From Geobacter metallireducens GS-15 (GTDB taxonomy: Bacteria > Desulfobacterota > Desulfuromonadia > Geobacterales > Geobacteraceae): a stretch of 32,000 nucleotides of DNA. The stretch spans positions 720,001 to 752,000 of the forward strand of contig NC_007517.1 of assembly GCF_000012925.1 (NCBI RefSeq), read 5' to 3'. Under the pieces are notes generated by a model. It worked only from the letters and a program-made list of their open reading frames with translations, was not told the DNA's origin and ran no database searches. The translations under genes and the position numbers were made by a program. Shown piece after piece: positions 9,297 through 18,345 of the stretch (its first letter is position 1; each line of letters opens with the position of its first letter).

Positions 9297-10163
9297 ATGA
9301 CCAGAACCGTCAACAAGGGGTTCCATGAGTTCCTTCACCGGATCGCTCCCCCGCGCACAGAGGCGGAATCTCTGAAAACACTCCATAGTTCCGTCGCGGA
9401 CTTCTTGAGAATCGGCTATGGACTGAATGATTTCATCATAACCGGTTCCTTGCGCAACGGGACGTGTATTAATGGCTGGAGCGGCTACGATTATTTTGCC
9501 GTGATGCCAACGGGGAAGTTGAAAGCGGATTCCGTGGCGACGGTTTCGGAGATAAAAAATTATCTGGATTTTCATCTGCAGGATGCCGAAGTGAGAATTC
9601 AGTATCCAGGAATAGAGGTGGCCGTTGGTGCTCAGGGGACAACCAAGGTTATCCCGGTCGATTTTGTCACGGAGGCGAACGGACAAAAAATATATGACAT
9701 GCCGGATGACACCGGCGGGTGGATGAGGACGAGTCCGGACGCCCATGGTGCGTACATAAAAACAATTGAGCAGCGGCTGGGTGTGGGGGGTAGAAATCTC
9801 ATGCGGCTCATGAAGGCGTGGAAATATTGTGGCGGCGTGCCGATCTCCTCGTTTTATCTGGAGTTAGCAGTAGCCAAATATTTGGAACATGCATCGTCTG
9901 TCGTTTATGATGTGGATGTACACGGCGTCTTTCAATATCTATTCAACAATGAAATGGCTCCGATCGAGGATCCGATGGGGGTGTCGGGATGCGTGAACCC
10001 TTGTTCAGCGCATTCCGATTACATGACAGTGAAAACGGAACTTACTGCCGCATTCATGCGAGCCGCTAGGGCACTGGAAGCGCGATTGAAATATAATGTC
10101 GCTGAAGCGTTCGAATGGTGGCGATTGCTGTATAACGGAAAATTCCCCTCGTATTACCGGTAG
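9297..10163 (+). CDS. Nucleotidyltransferase-fold protein (SMODS/CD-NTase/OAS-like), orphan gene in a low-GC insert
   Basis: 288 aa from the ATG at 9297, with GAGG 8 nt upstream. It has a pol-beta-like ITGSLRNGTCINGWSGYDYFAVM motif, a later VIPVDFV, and a helical region LMRLMKAWKY..ISSFYLELAVAKYL resembling CD-NTase/OAS C-terminal lobes. The G[GS]...DxD motif carries only one Asp. Local GC is ~47% (one 60-nt line counted). Confidence 0.5.
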   Translation: MTRTVNKGFHEFLHRIAPPRTEAESLKTLHSSVADFLRIGYGLNDFIITGSLRNGTCINGWSGYDYFAVMPTGKLKADSVATVSEIKNYLDFHLQDAEVRIQYPGIEVAVGAQGTTKVIPVDFVTEANGQKIYDMPDDTGGWMRTSPDAHGAYIKTIEQRLGVGGRNLMRLMKAWKYCGGVPISSFYLELAVAKYLEHASSVVYDVDVHGVFQYLFNNEMAPIEDPMGVSGCVNPCSAHSDYMTVKTELTAAFMRAARALEARLKYNVAEAFEWWRLLYNGKFPSYYR

Positions 10164-10201
10164 TGTTGTAGTATCTCGGGCGGAGTAGACGATGCGTCCC
10201 A

Positions 10202-10245
10202 AACACGAACGGCCCGCCAGGATAACTCGGCGGGCCGTTCGTGTT
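10202..10245. terminator. Bidirectional terminator hairpin between the NTase gene and the histidine kinase gene
   Basis: Perfect 17-bp stem AACACGAACGGCCCGCC / GGCGGGCCGTTCGTGTT with a 10-nt loop. Confidence 0.7.
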
Positions 10246-10315
10246 ACCTGGTGCCCGTTGCTGCGCTCACCTCCTGTCACCGGATTCTGCTTTATGCTTG
10301 TGGCCTGTTAAACGG

Positions 10316-12172
10316 TCATCTCTCCGGCAGGGTGAAGTAGAATGTCGCTCCCGCATCGACGCTCCCCTCGGCCCAGACCCGGCCCCCGTGGCGTTCGATG
10401 ATTCGCTTCACCGTGGCAAGGCCGATGCCGGTCCCCTGGAATTCGCTGCCGTGGAGCCGCTGGAAGGGGCGGAAGAGCTTGCTCACGTAGGCCATGTTGA
10501 AACCTGACCCATTGTCTTTGACAAAGAAGGCGCGTTCTCCTTCCACGTACGCGGTGCCGAACTCGATGAGGGCTTGAGGCGTTTTGGCGGAGTACTTCAA
10601 TGCATTTCCCAGCAGGTTCAGCAGGACCTGGCGAATGAGAATCTTGTCGGCCCGGGCCGTGAGGCCGTCGGCAATGACCCACTCAACGGTCCGGTCCGGC
10701 TCCGTTTCCCTGAACATGGCGACAATCATTGCTGCCGTTTTGCTGAGATTGATCGTGCTCCTGTGCAGTTCTACCCGGTTGACCCGCGACAGTTCCAGCA
10801 GGTCGTCGATGAGCTGGCCCATGCGGGCGCTTGCCATGCCGATGCGTTCCAGGTAGCGACGGGCCTCTGTCGGAAGCTGTTTCTCGAAATCCTCTATCAC
10901 CATGGCGCTGTAACTGTTGATGTGGCGCAGCGGAGCCCGCAGGTCATGGGAAACCGAGTAGCTGAAAGACTCCTGCTCCCGGATGGCAGCCTCCAGTTGG
11001 GCAGTCCGTTCTTCGACCCGCCTTTCCAGCGTTTCGTTCAGCGTGCGAATTTCTTCCTCGGCCAGCTTGCGCTCGGTTATATCCTGAGAGGTGCCGAAAA
11101 GGAATAGTTCGCCGGGAGCCTCCCCCGCCTCGCAGCGGCATGCCTCGAGTATCCAATGGATAGTGCCATTCTTTGCAATGATCCGGAATTCGTCAGAATA
11201 GGTTTCACCCGGCGCCAATTTCATGACATTGCTGCTCACCCGGTCCCGATCGTCGGGGTGTACCAACCTCATCCAACAGCCCCATTCATGAATCTGCTCC
11301 GCTGAATAGCCGGTTATCGCCTCCACCGCGCCACCCATCCACCGGACCCGGTAGGGGGAATCTCCTTGACGGCTGCAGAAATTGACATAGTCAGAGGTGA
11401 GCGATGAAAAGCGGCGGTAGCGCTCCTCGCTTTGCCGCAAGGCCTTATCCGCGTGTTTGTGATCGGTGATGTCCCGGAGAAAGGCCAAGAAGCAGTTCGT
11501 GGTGCGCTCGTACGTCGTGCTGATTTCCACGTCGATGATAGATCCGTCTTTACGGCGATGACGGGTTTCGAAACGGTCATAGCCGCTGTTGATGAGGGCG
11601 CGCATGTGTTTGGCGGTCTCTTCCGAGCTTTCGGCGGTTTCGATATCCCTGAGGTTGATGGCCAGGAGTTCTTCGCGGCTATACCCCAGCATCGCACAGC
11701 AGGCATCGTTCATTTCGATGATCTTGCCGTTCTGGTCAACCACCCAGAAACCGTCCATGGAGGTGCTGTTGAGGATCTGGTACCGCGCGGCATTCTCCTT
11801 CACCTGCTCCTGGGCAGACACCAGGTCGGTGATGTCGTGCATGATGTAGATGATCCGGTCTGTTCCTGAGGCGCTAAACTCAACGTGGCGGCGGCATCCG
11901 TCTTTCGTGGTGATGGCGACGCGTCGCGGGGCAGGGAACCCCGCAGTCCTGTCGGAATCGTAAATCTCTCGGATTTTTTTATTGCACGGGCCGTGGAGCT
12001 TTTGGAACCAGTCGTCGATTGATCTAATCTCGTCCATCCCGTAACCGATGAGACGCTCGGCAGCCCGGTTGAAGCAGATGTGGTCGCCTTCGGTGTACAA
12101 CGCGGCCACCGGCAGCGCCTCAACAATCGCCATGAGCGCTTCGCGGTCGGGATGAAAGATGTCGTACGGCAT
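10316..12172 (-). CDS. Multi-PAS sensor histidine kinase (HisKA + HATPase_c)
   Basis: 618 aa with several PAS/PAC repeats. H-box is SHDLRAPLRHI. N, G1 and G2 boxes are NLLGNALKY, DNGSGF and GTGIGL. No transmembrane segment is evident. Confidence 0.9.
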   Translation of the reverse strand: MPYDIFHPDREALMAIVEALPVAALYTEGDHICFNRAAERLIGYGMDEIRSIDDWFQKLHGPCNKKIREIYDSDRTAGFPAPRRVAITTKDGCRRHVEFSASGTDRIIYIMHDITDLVSAQEQVKENAARYQILNSTSMDGFWVVDQNGKIIEMNDACCAMLGYSREELLAINLRDIETAESSEETAKHMRALINSGYDRFETRHRRKDGSIIDVEISTTYERTTNCFLAFLRDITDHKHADKALRQSEERYRRFSSLTSDYVNFCSRQGDSPYRVRWMGGAVEAITGYSAEQIHEWGCWMRLVHPDDRDRVSSNVMKLAPGETYSDEFRIIAKNGTIHWILEACRCEAGEAPGELFLFGTSQDITERKLAEEEIRTLNETLERRVEERTAQLEAAIREQESFSYSVSHDLRAPLRHINSYSAMVIEDFEKQLPTEARRYLERIGMASARMGQLIDDLLELSRVNRVELHRSTINLSKTAAMIVAMFRETEPDRTVEWVIADGLTARADKILIRQVLLNLLGNALKYSAKTPQALIEFGTAYVEGERAFFVKDNGSGFNMAYVSKLFRPFQRLHGSEFQGTGIGLATVKRIIERHGGRVWAEGSVDAGATFYFTLPER

Positions 12173-12241
12173 AGTGGTCCTATCGTTGAAACCTTGAAGG
12201 GGGGGAGTAACAAAATCAGTATAGATACCTGGTAAAGGGTA

Positions 12242-12257
12242 AGCAACGGCTGTGCCG
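12242..12257 (-). promoter_or_regulatory. sigma54 promoter for the histidine kinase gene
   Basis: The minus strand reads CGGCAC-AGCCG-TTGCT with GG-N10-GC spacing, ~70 nt upstream of the kinase ATG and just downstream of the rubrerythrin terminator. Confidence 0.55.
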
Positions 12258-12278
12258 GAAAGGTCGTGTTTGTCACAA

Positions 12279-12319
12279 CAAAAGAGGACATCTCCCTTGC
12301 GGGGAAATGTCCTCTTTTG
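12279..12319 (-). terminator. Intrinsic terminator after the rubrerythrin gene
   Basis: CAAAAGAGGACAT.TCCC-loop-GGGA.ATGTCCTCTTTTG. On the minus strand it is followed by TTTTGTTGTG. Confidence 0.7.
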
Positions 12320-12346
12320 CCGTGTTACACGGAAACGTTCATCACG

Positions 12347-12922
12347 CTACCAGTTCTCCCCCAGGAGCTCGAAGTGGTCCTTGGGGTGGACGCAGGCAGG
12401 GCACTGCTCCGGGGCGCCGGTGGCGGTGTGGAGGTAGCCGCAGTTGCGGCAGCGCCAGACAACTTCGGCCTCACGGGTGAAGACCCGCTTGGCCTCGACG
12501 TTGGCCAGGAGGTCCCGGTAGCGCTTCTCGTGCTGCTTTTCCGCCACGGAGATGGCCCGCCAGGCCGCCGCGATGGCGGGGAACCCTTCCTCCTGGGCCA
12601 CCTGGGCGAAGCCCGGATAGAGAACGGTGTGCTCCTCGTGCTCACCCGTGGCTGCGGCCAGGAGGTTCTCGGCCGTGGTGCCGATTCTGCCGGCCGGGAA
12701 GCAGGCGGTTATCTCCAGGTCGCCCCCTTCCAGGAACTTGAAGAAGCGCTTGGCGTGCTCCTTCTCCTGGTTGGCGGTCTCCTCGAAGATGTCGGCGATC
12801 TGCACATACCCTTCTTTTTTTGCCGCGGCGGCAAAGTAGGTGTAGCGGTTGCGGGCCTGGCTCTCGCCGGCAAAGGATTTCAGGAGGTTCTGCTCGGTTT
12901 TGGTTCCCTTGACGCTGCTCAT
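12347..12922 (-). CDS. rbr: Rubrerythrin (diiron ferritin-like domain plus C-terminal rubredoxin-like CxxC...CxxC)
   Basis: Starts at MSSVKGTKTEQNLLKSFAGESQARNRYTYFA (ATG 12920-12922, GGAG RBS). Ends with WRCRNCGY...CPAC. Confidence 0.9.
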   Translation of the reverse strand: MSSVKGTKTEQNLLKSFAGESQARNRYTYFAAAAKKEGYVQIADIFEETANQEKEHAKRFFKFLEGGDLEITACFPAGRIGTTAENLLAAATGEHEEHTVLYPGFAQVAQEEGFPAIAAAWRAISVAEKQHEKRYRDLLANVEAKRVFTREAEVVWRCRNCGYLHTATGAPEQCPACVHPKDHFELLGENW

Positions 12923-12977
12923 CTGGTGATCTCCTTCATGGTGTTTTGTTGAGCGGGCACTGTGGCCGGATGCTCCA

Positions 12978-13478
12978 TCAGTCAATCAGGGTGAAGCGGT
13001 CCTTCGGCACCTGGCAGACCGGGCACTTGTCCGGTGCAAAGTCATAGACGGTGTTGCCGCAGATCTCACAGACGTAAACCTTGCGGGCCGGCAGGTCGCC
13101 GTCGTTCATGACTGCTGCTAAAGCCTTCTGGTACAGATCGTGGTGAACCTCCTCGACCGCCAGGGCGTTGCGGAAGGAGATTTCCGCCACACGGTTCCCT
13201 TCTGTCTTGGCCTCTTCCAGGTAGGGGGGATACATGGTCTGGAACTCGAACCCTTCTCCCTCTATGGCTTCCTTCAGATTTTCCACGGTTTCCCTTATCC
13301 CTCCCATGGCGCGCAGGTGGGCATGGGCATGGACGGTTTCGGCATGGGCGGCGGCCCGGAACAGTTTCGCCACCTGGGGGAAGCCGTCCACCTCGGCCTG
13401 TTTGGCGAACGCCAGATACTTGCGGTTGGCCTGGCTTTCGCCGGCAAAGGCATTTGCGAGGTTTTCCTTTGTGGACAT
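12978..13478 (-). CDS. Rubrerythrin-family protein (second paralog)
   Basis: Starts at MSTKENLANAFAGESQANRKYLAFA (ATG 13476-13478, GGGAGG RBS). C-terminal motifs are CEICG...CPVC. Confidence 0.85.
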   Translation of the reverse strand: MSTKENLANAFAGESQANRKYLAFAKQAEVDGFPQVAKLFRAAAHAETVHAHAHLRAMGGIRETVENLKEAIEGEGFEFQTMYPPYLEEAKTEGNRVAEISFRNALAVEEVHHDLYQKALAAVMNDGDLPARKVYVCEICGNTVYDFAPDKCPVCQVPKDRFTLID

Positions 13479-13523
13479 GTAATACCTCCCTGTCTGCAAT
13501 AATGTAGCGTTCTGTGAAACATT

Positions 13524-13552
13524 TTAATATCAGCATTTCCTTTCCGTGTCAA
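13524..13552 (-). promoter_or_regulatory. sigma70-type promoter for the rubrerythrin genes
   Basis: The minus strand reads TTGACA (13547-13552), a 17-nt spacer, then TATTAA (13524-13529). Confidence 0.5.
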
Positions 13553-13701
13553 AAGCATAGAGTGGACCCCCTCTGCGCTCCTGCCCGGACGATTACGAGC
13601 TGGCCACTGCTGCATAAAATGTGTGCATAATTGGCCGGAAGAAAGAATGGTGGGATCTGATTTTTTAGATAAATCAGGGTGTTGGCTGAGGATGGCGTCC
13701 T

Positions 13702-13717
13702 TGGCACGTCACCTGCT
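13702..13717 (+). promoter_or_regulatory. sigma54 promoter of nifEN
   Basis: TGGCAC-GTCAC-CTGCT with GG-N10-GC spacing. Confidence 0.7.
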
Positions 13718-13764
13718 AACAGTGATTCAACACGGAAGATGTATCCCGACGGTTTTCAGGCAAA

Positions 13765-13810
13765 GGCGCCGACCATTCCCCCCCCCGGAATGGCGGCGCC
13801 TTTTTTCTTT
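13765..13810 (+). terminator. Intrinsic terminator/attenuator inside the nifEN leader
   Basis: GGCGCCG(A)CCATTCC-CCCCCCC-GGAATGGCGGCGCC followed by TTTTTTCTTT. It has 14 bp with a bulged A at the same place as in the nifH leader terminator, and ends 18 nt before the ATG. Confidence 0.75.
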
Positions 13811-13827
13811 GTGCATTCGAGGTTGCC

Positions 13828-16587
13828 ATGGCCAAACCAGACTACTACGACGTATCCGAATGCGAAACCCACGAAAAAGGTGCCCCCAAGTTCTGCAAGA
13901 AATCGGAGCCGGGGGAGGGGGCCGAGCGCTCCTGTGCCTACGACGGCGCCCGGGTGGTGCTCATGCCGATCACCGATGTGATCCATCTGGTGCACGGCCC
14001 CATCGCCTGCGCCGGCAATTCCTGGGACAACCGGGGGGCCCGCTCCTCGGACTCCCAGCTCTACCGCCGGGGTTTCACAACCGAGATGCTGGAGAACGAC
14101 GTGGTTTTCGGTGGCGAGAAGAAGCTCTACCGGGCCATCCTGGAGCTGGCCGAGCGCTACGAAGGCCAGGCGAAGGCCATGTTCGTCTACGCCACCTGCG
14201 TCACCGCCATGACCGGCGACGACGTGGAGGCGGTCTGCGCCGCGGCCGGCAAGAAGGTCGCCATCCCCCTCATCCCCGTCAACACCCCCGGTTTCATCGG
14301 CGACAAGAACATCGGCAACCGCTTGGCCGGCGAGGTGCTCTTCAAGCATGTCATCGGCACCGCCGAGCCGCCGGTTCTGGGGGAGTATCCGATAAATCTC
14401 ATTGGCGAGTACAACATTGCCGGCGACCTCTGGGGGATGCTGCCGCTCTTTGAGCGCCTCGGCATCCAGGTCCTCTCCTGCTTCAGCGGCGACGCCACCT
14501 TCGAGGAACTCCGCTACGCCCACCGGGCAAAGCTCAATATTATCATCTGCTCCAAGAGCCTCACCAACCTCGCCAGGAAGATGCAGAAGAACTACGGCAT
14601 GCCCTATCTGGAGGAGTCCTTCTACGGCATGACCGACACGGCCAAAGCCCTGCGGGACATCGCCCGGGAGCTGGACGACGCCGTGGGGGGGCTGGAGAAG
14701 CGGATCATGCAGGACCGGGTGGAGAAGCTACTGGAGGAGGAAGAGGCGACGTGCCGCGAGCGCCTTGCCCCCTATCGGGCGCGGCTGGAGGGGAAGCGGT
14801 CGGTCCTCTTCACCGGCGGGGTCAAGACCTGGTCCATGGTGAACGCCCTGCGGGAGCTGGGGGTGGAGATCCTGGCCGCCGGCACCCAGAACTCCACCCT
14901 GGAGGACTTCTACCGGATGAAGGCCCTCATGCACCAGGATGCCCGGATCATCGAGGACACCTCCAGCGCCGGGCTCCTCCAGGTCATGTACGACAAGATG
15001 CCGGATCTCATTGTAGCCGGGGGGAAGACCAAGTTCCTGGCCCTTAAGACCAAGACCCCCTTCCTGGATATCAACCACGGCCGCTCCCACCCCTACGCCG
15101 GGTACGAGGGGATGGTGACCTTTGCGAAGCAGCTGGACCTCACGGTCAACAACCCCATCTGGCCGGTGCTGAACGCCAAGGCGCCCTGGGAGAAGACGGA
15201 GGAAGAGTTGACGGCCGCGGTGGCGCTTGCCGCCGGTCACGCCCGAGCCTGCCTGGATGAGGATCTGAAGGATTCCACGGTGAAGGTGCCGGCCAAGAAC
15301 GCCACGGTGAACCCCCAGAAGAACTCCCCGGCCCTTGGCGCGACCCTGGCCTATCTCGGCATCGACCAGATGCTGGCCCTTCTCCATGGCGCCCAGGGAT
15401 GCTCCACCTTCATCCGGCTGCAGCTCTCGCGCCATTTCAAGGAGCCCGTCGCCCTGAACTCCACCGCCATGAGCGAGGACACCGCCATCTTCGGCGGGTG
15501 GGAGAACCTGAAAAAGGGGCTGAAAAAGGTGATCGAGAAGTTCAGCCCGGAGGTGGTGGGGGTCATGACCTCGGGGCTCACCGAGACCATGGGGGATGAT
15601 GTCCGGAGCGCCATCGTCCACTTTCGGCAGGAGTACCCCGAGCACGACGGGGTCCCCGTCGTTTGGGCTTCGACCCCTGACTACTGCGGCTCGCTGCAGG
15701 AGGGGTACGCGGCAACGGTGGAGGCCATCGTGAGGAGCGTCCCCGAGCCGGGGGAGACGATCCCGGGCCAGGTGACGGTCCTGCCCGGTGCCCACCTGAC
15801 CCCGGCCGACGTGGAGGAGGTGCGGGAGCTCTGCGAGGCCTTCGGGCTCGACCCCATCATCGTCCCCGACATCGCCAACGCCCTGGATGGCCACATCGAC
15901 GAGACAGTGTCGCCGCTTTCAACCGGCGGGGTTTCCATGGCCCGGATCAGGCAGGCGGGGCAAAGCGCGGCGACCCTCTTCATCGGCGATTCCCTGGCCA
16001 AGGCTGCCGAGGCCATGACGGAGCGGTGCGGCATGCCCAGCTATGGCTTCACCTCCCTCACGGGGCTTGCCCAGGTGGACCGCTTCATGGAGACCCTCGC
16101 GGCCATCGCGGGGCGGCCGATCCCCGAGAAGTTCCGCCGCTGGCGGAGCCGCCTCATGGACGCCATGGTGGACAGCCACTACCAGTTCGGCCTCAAGAAA
16201 GTCACGGTGGCCCTGGAGGGAGACAACCTGAAAACGCTGGTGAACTTCCTGGCGGGGATGGGGTGCGAGATACAGGCGGCCATCGCGGCGACACGGGTCC
16301 GGGGGCTCGACGGGCTGCCGGCTAGGGATATCTTCGTGGGGGATCTGGAGGACCTGGAAACGGCGGCTAGGGGAAGCGACCTGATCGTGGCCAACTCCAA
16401 TGGCCGTCAGGCCGCGGCAAAGCTGGGGATCAAGGCCCACCTGCGGGCGGGGCTTCCGGTCTTCGATCGCCTTGGCGCCCACCAGAAGATGTGGGTGGGG
16501 TACCGGGGGACCATGAACCTTCTGTTCGAGACGGCGAACCTGTTCCAGGCCAACGCGGGAGAGGGGCAGAAGCTGGCGCATAACTGA
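13828..16587 (+). CDS. nifEN: Fused NifE-NifN FeMo-cofactor biosynthesis scaffold
   Basis: 919 aa. The N-terminal half is NifE-like (CAYDGARVVLMPITDVIHLVHGPIACAGN). The C-terminal half is NifN-like (NPQKNSPALGATLAYLGIDQMLALLHGAQGCSTF). One continuous frame. Confidence 0.95.
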   Translation: MAKPDYYDVSECETHEKGAPKFCKKSEPGEGAERSCAYDGARVVLMPITDVIHLVHGPIACAGNSWDNRGARSSDSQLYRRGFTTEMLENDVVFGGEKKLYRAILELAERYEGQAKAMFVYATCVTAMTGDDVEAVCAAAGKKVAIPLIPVNTPGFIGDKNIGNRLAGEVLFKHVIGTAEPPVLGEYPINLIGEYNIAGDLWGMLPLFERLGIQVLSCFSGDATFEELRYAHRAKLNIIICSKSLTNLARKMQKNYGMPYLEESFYGMTDTAKALRDIARELDDAVGGLEKRIMQDRVEKLLEEEEATCRERLAPYRARLEGKRSVLFTGGVKTWSMVNALRELGVEILAAGTQNSTLEDFYRMKALMHQDARIIEDTSSAGLLQVMYDKMPDLIVAGGKTKFLALKTKTPFLDINHGRSHPYAGYEGMVTFAKQLDLTVNNPIWPVLNAKAPWEKTEEELTAAVALAAGHARACLDEDLKDSTVKVPAKNATVNPQKNSPALGATLAYLGIDQMLALLHGAQGCSTFIRLQLSRHFKEPVALNSTAMSEDTAIFGGWENLKKGLKKVIEKFSPEVVGVMTSGLTETMGDDVRSAIVHFRQEYPEHDGVPVVWASTPDYCGSLQEGYAATVEAIVRSVPEPGETIPGQVTVLPGAHLTPADVEEVRELCEAFGLDPIIVPDIANALDGHIDETVSPLSTGGVSMARIRQAGQSAATLFIGDSLAKAAEAMTERCGMPSYGFTSLTGLAQVDRFMETLAAIAGRPIPEKFRRWRSRLMDAMVDSHYQFGLKKVTVALEGDNLKTLVNFLAGMGCEIQAAIAATRVRGLDGLPARDIFVGDLEDLETAARGSDLIVANSNGRQAAAKLGIKAHLRAGLPVFDRLGAHQKMWVGYRGTMNLLFETANLFQANAGEGQKLAHN

Positions 16588-17826
<1,239 letters not shown>

Positions 17827-17876
17827 TTTGTTGACTGAGAACACGGTTGCTCTGTGTTTCAAGAAAGGGGTTATCC

Positions 17877-18260
17877 ATGAAAGTCGCATTCACAAGTACC
17901 ACCGGCGAGATGATCGACGAGCACTTCGGCATGGCCAAGAATTTCCATATCTGGGAGATCGGGCCGGAGGCCTCATCATTTCTGGAGACGGTCACCATCG
18001 GCGCCCACGGCGATGACGAGGAGGACAAGATCGCGGCCCGGGCCGCCGCCCTCAGGGAGTGCGCCATCGTCTACACCATGGCCATCGGCGGGCCGGCGGC
18101 TGCCAAGCTCGTGGCCCTGAAGATCCATCCCATGAAGACCAACTCCCCCGTGAGCCTCCCCGAAACGGTCAACCGGCTTCAGGAGGTGTTGAAGGGGAAC
18201 CCTCCACCGTGGCTGCGCAAGGCCATGAACAAAGGGGAGGAAACTTCGTTCGAGGAATAA
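17877..18260 (+). CDS. nifX: NifX (FeMo-cofactor carrier/maturation protein)
   Basis: MKVAFTSTTGEMIDEHFGMAKNFHIWEI...IGGPAAAKLVALKIHP...NPPPWLRKAM. ATG at 17877 with AAAGGGG RBS. Confidence 0.9.
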   Translation: MKVAFTSTTGEMIDEHFGMAKNFHIWEIGPEASSFLETVTIGAHGDDEEDKIAARAAALRECAIVYTMAIGGPAAAKLVALKIHPMKTNSPVSLPETVNRLQEVLKGNPPPWLRKAMNKGEETSFEE

Positions 18261-18262
18261 CC

Positions 18263-18322
18263 GTAGGGGCGCTGCTTGCCGCGCCCTGTCATATCAATGG
18301 GCGCGGCAAGCAGCGCCCCTAC
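18263..18322. repeat. Perfect 24-bp GC-rich hairpin (12-nt loop) between nifX and the ferredoxin gene
   Basis: GTAGGGGCGCTGCTTGCCGCGCCC (18263-18286) pairs with its exact reverse complement at 18299-18322. No T tract follows on either strand. Confidence 0.8.
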
Positions 18323-18345
18323 ACAACCATAATGGAGGAAGCACC

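Noticed and set aside
13720-13735. Possible hexaloop hairpin CAGTG-ATTCAA-CACGG in the nifEN leader, analogous to those of nifH and nifB
   Set aside because: Only 3-4 bp with a mismatch, and it overlaps the predicted TSS (~13727), so it is probably not fully transcribed.
13623-14523. 276-aa plus-strand and 255-aa minus-strand ORFs overlapping the nifEN promoter and 5' end
   Set aside because: The Arg/Pro/Gly-rich translations overlap a well-supported promoter, leader and nifEN. They are shadows.
14728-16581. 388-aa and 220-aa minus-strand ORFs inside nifEN
   Set aside because: Antisense shadows of nifEN.
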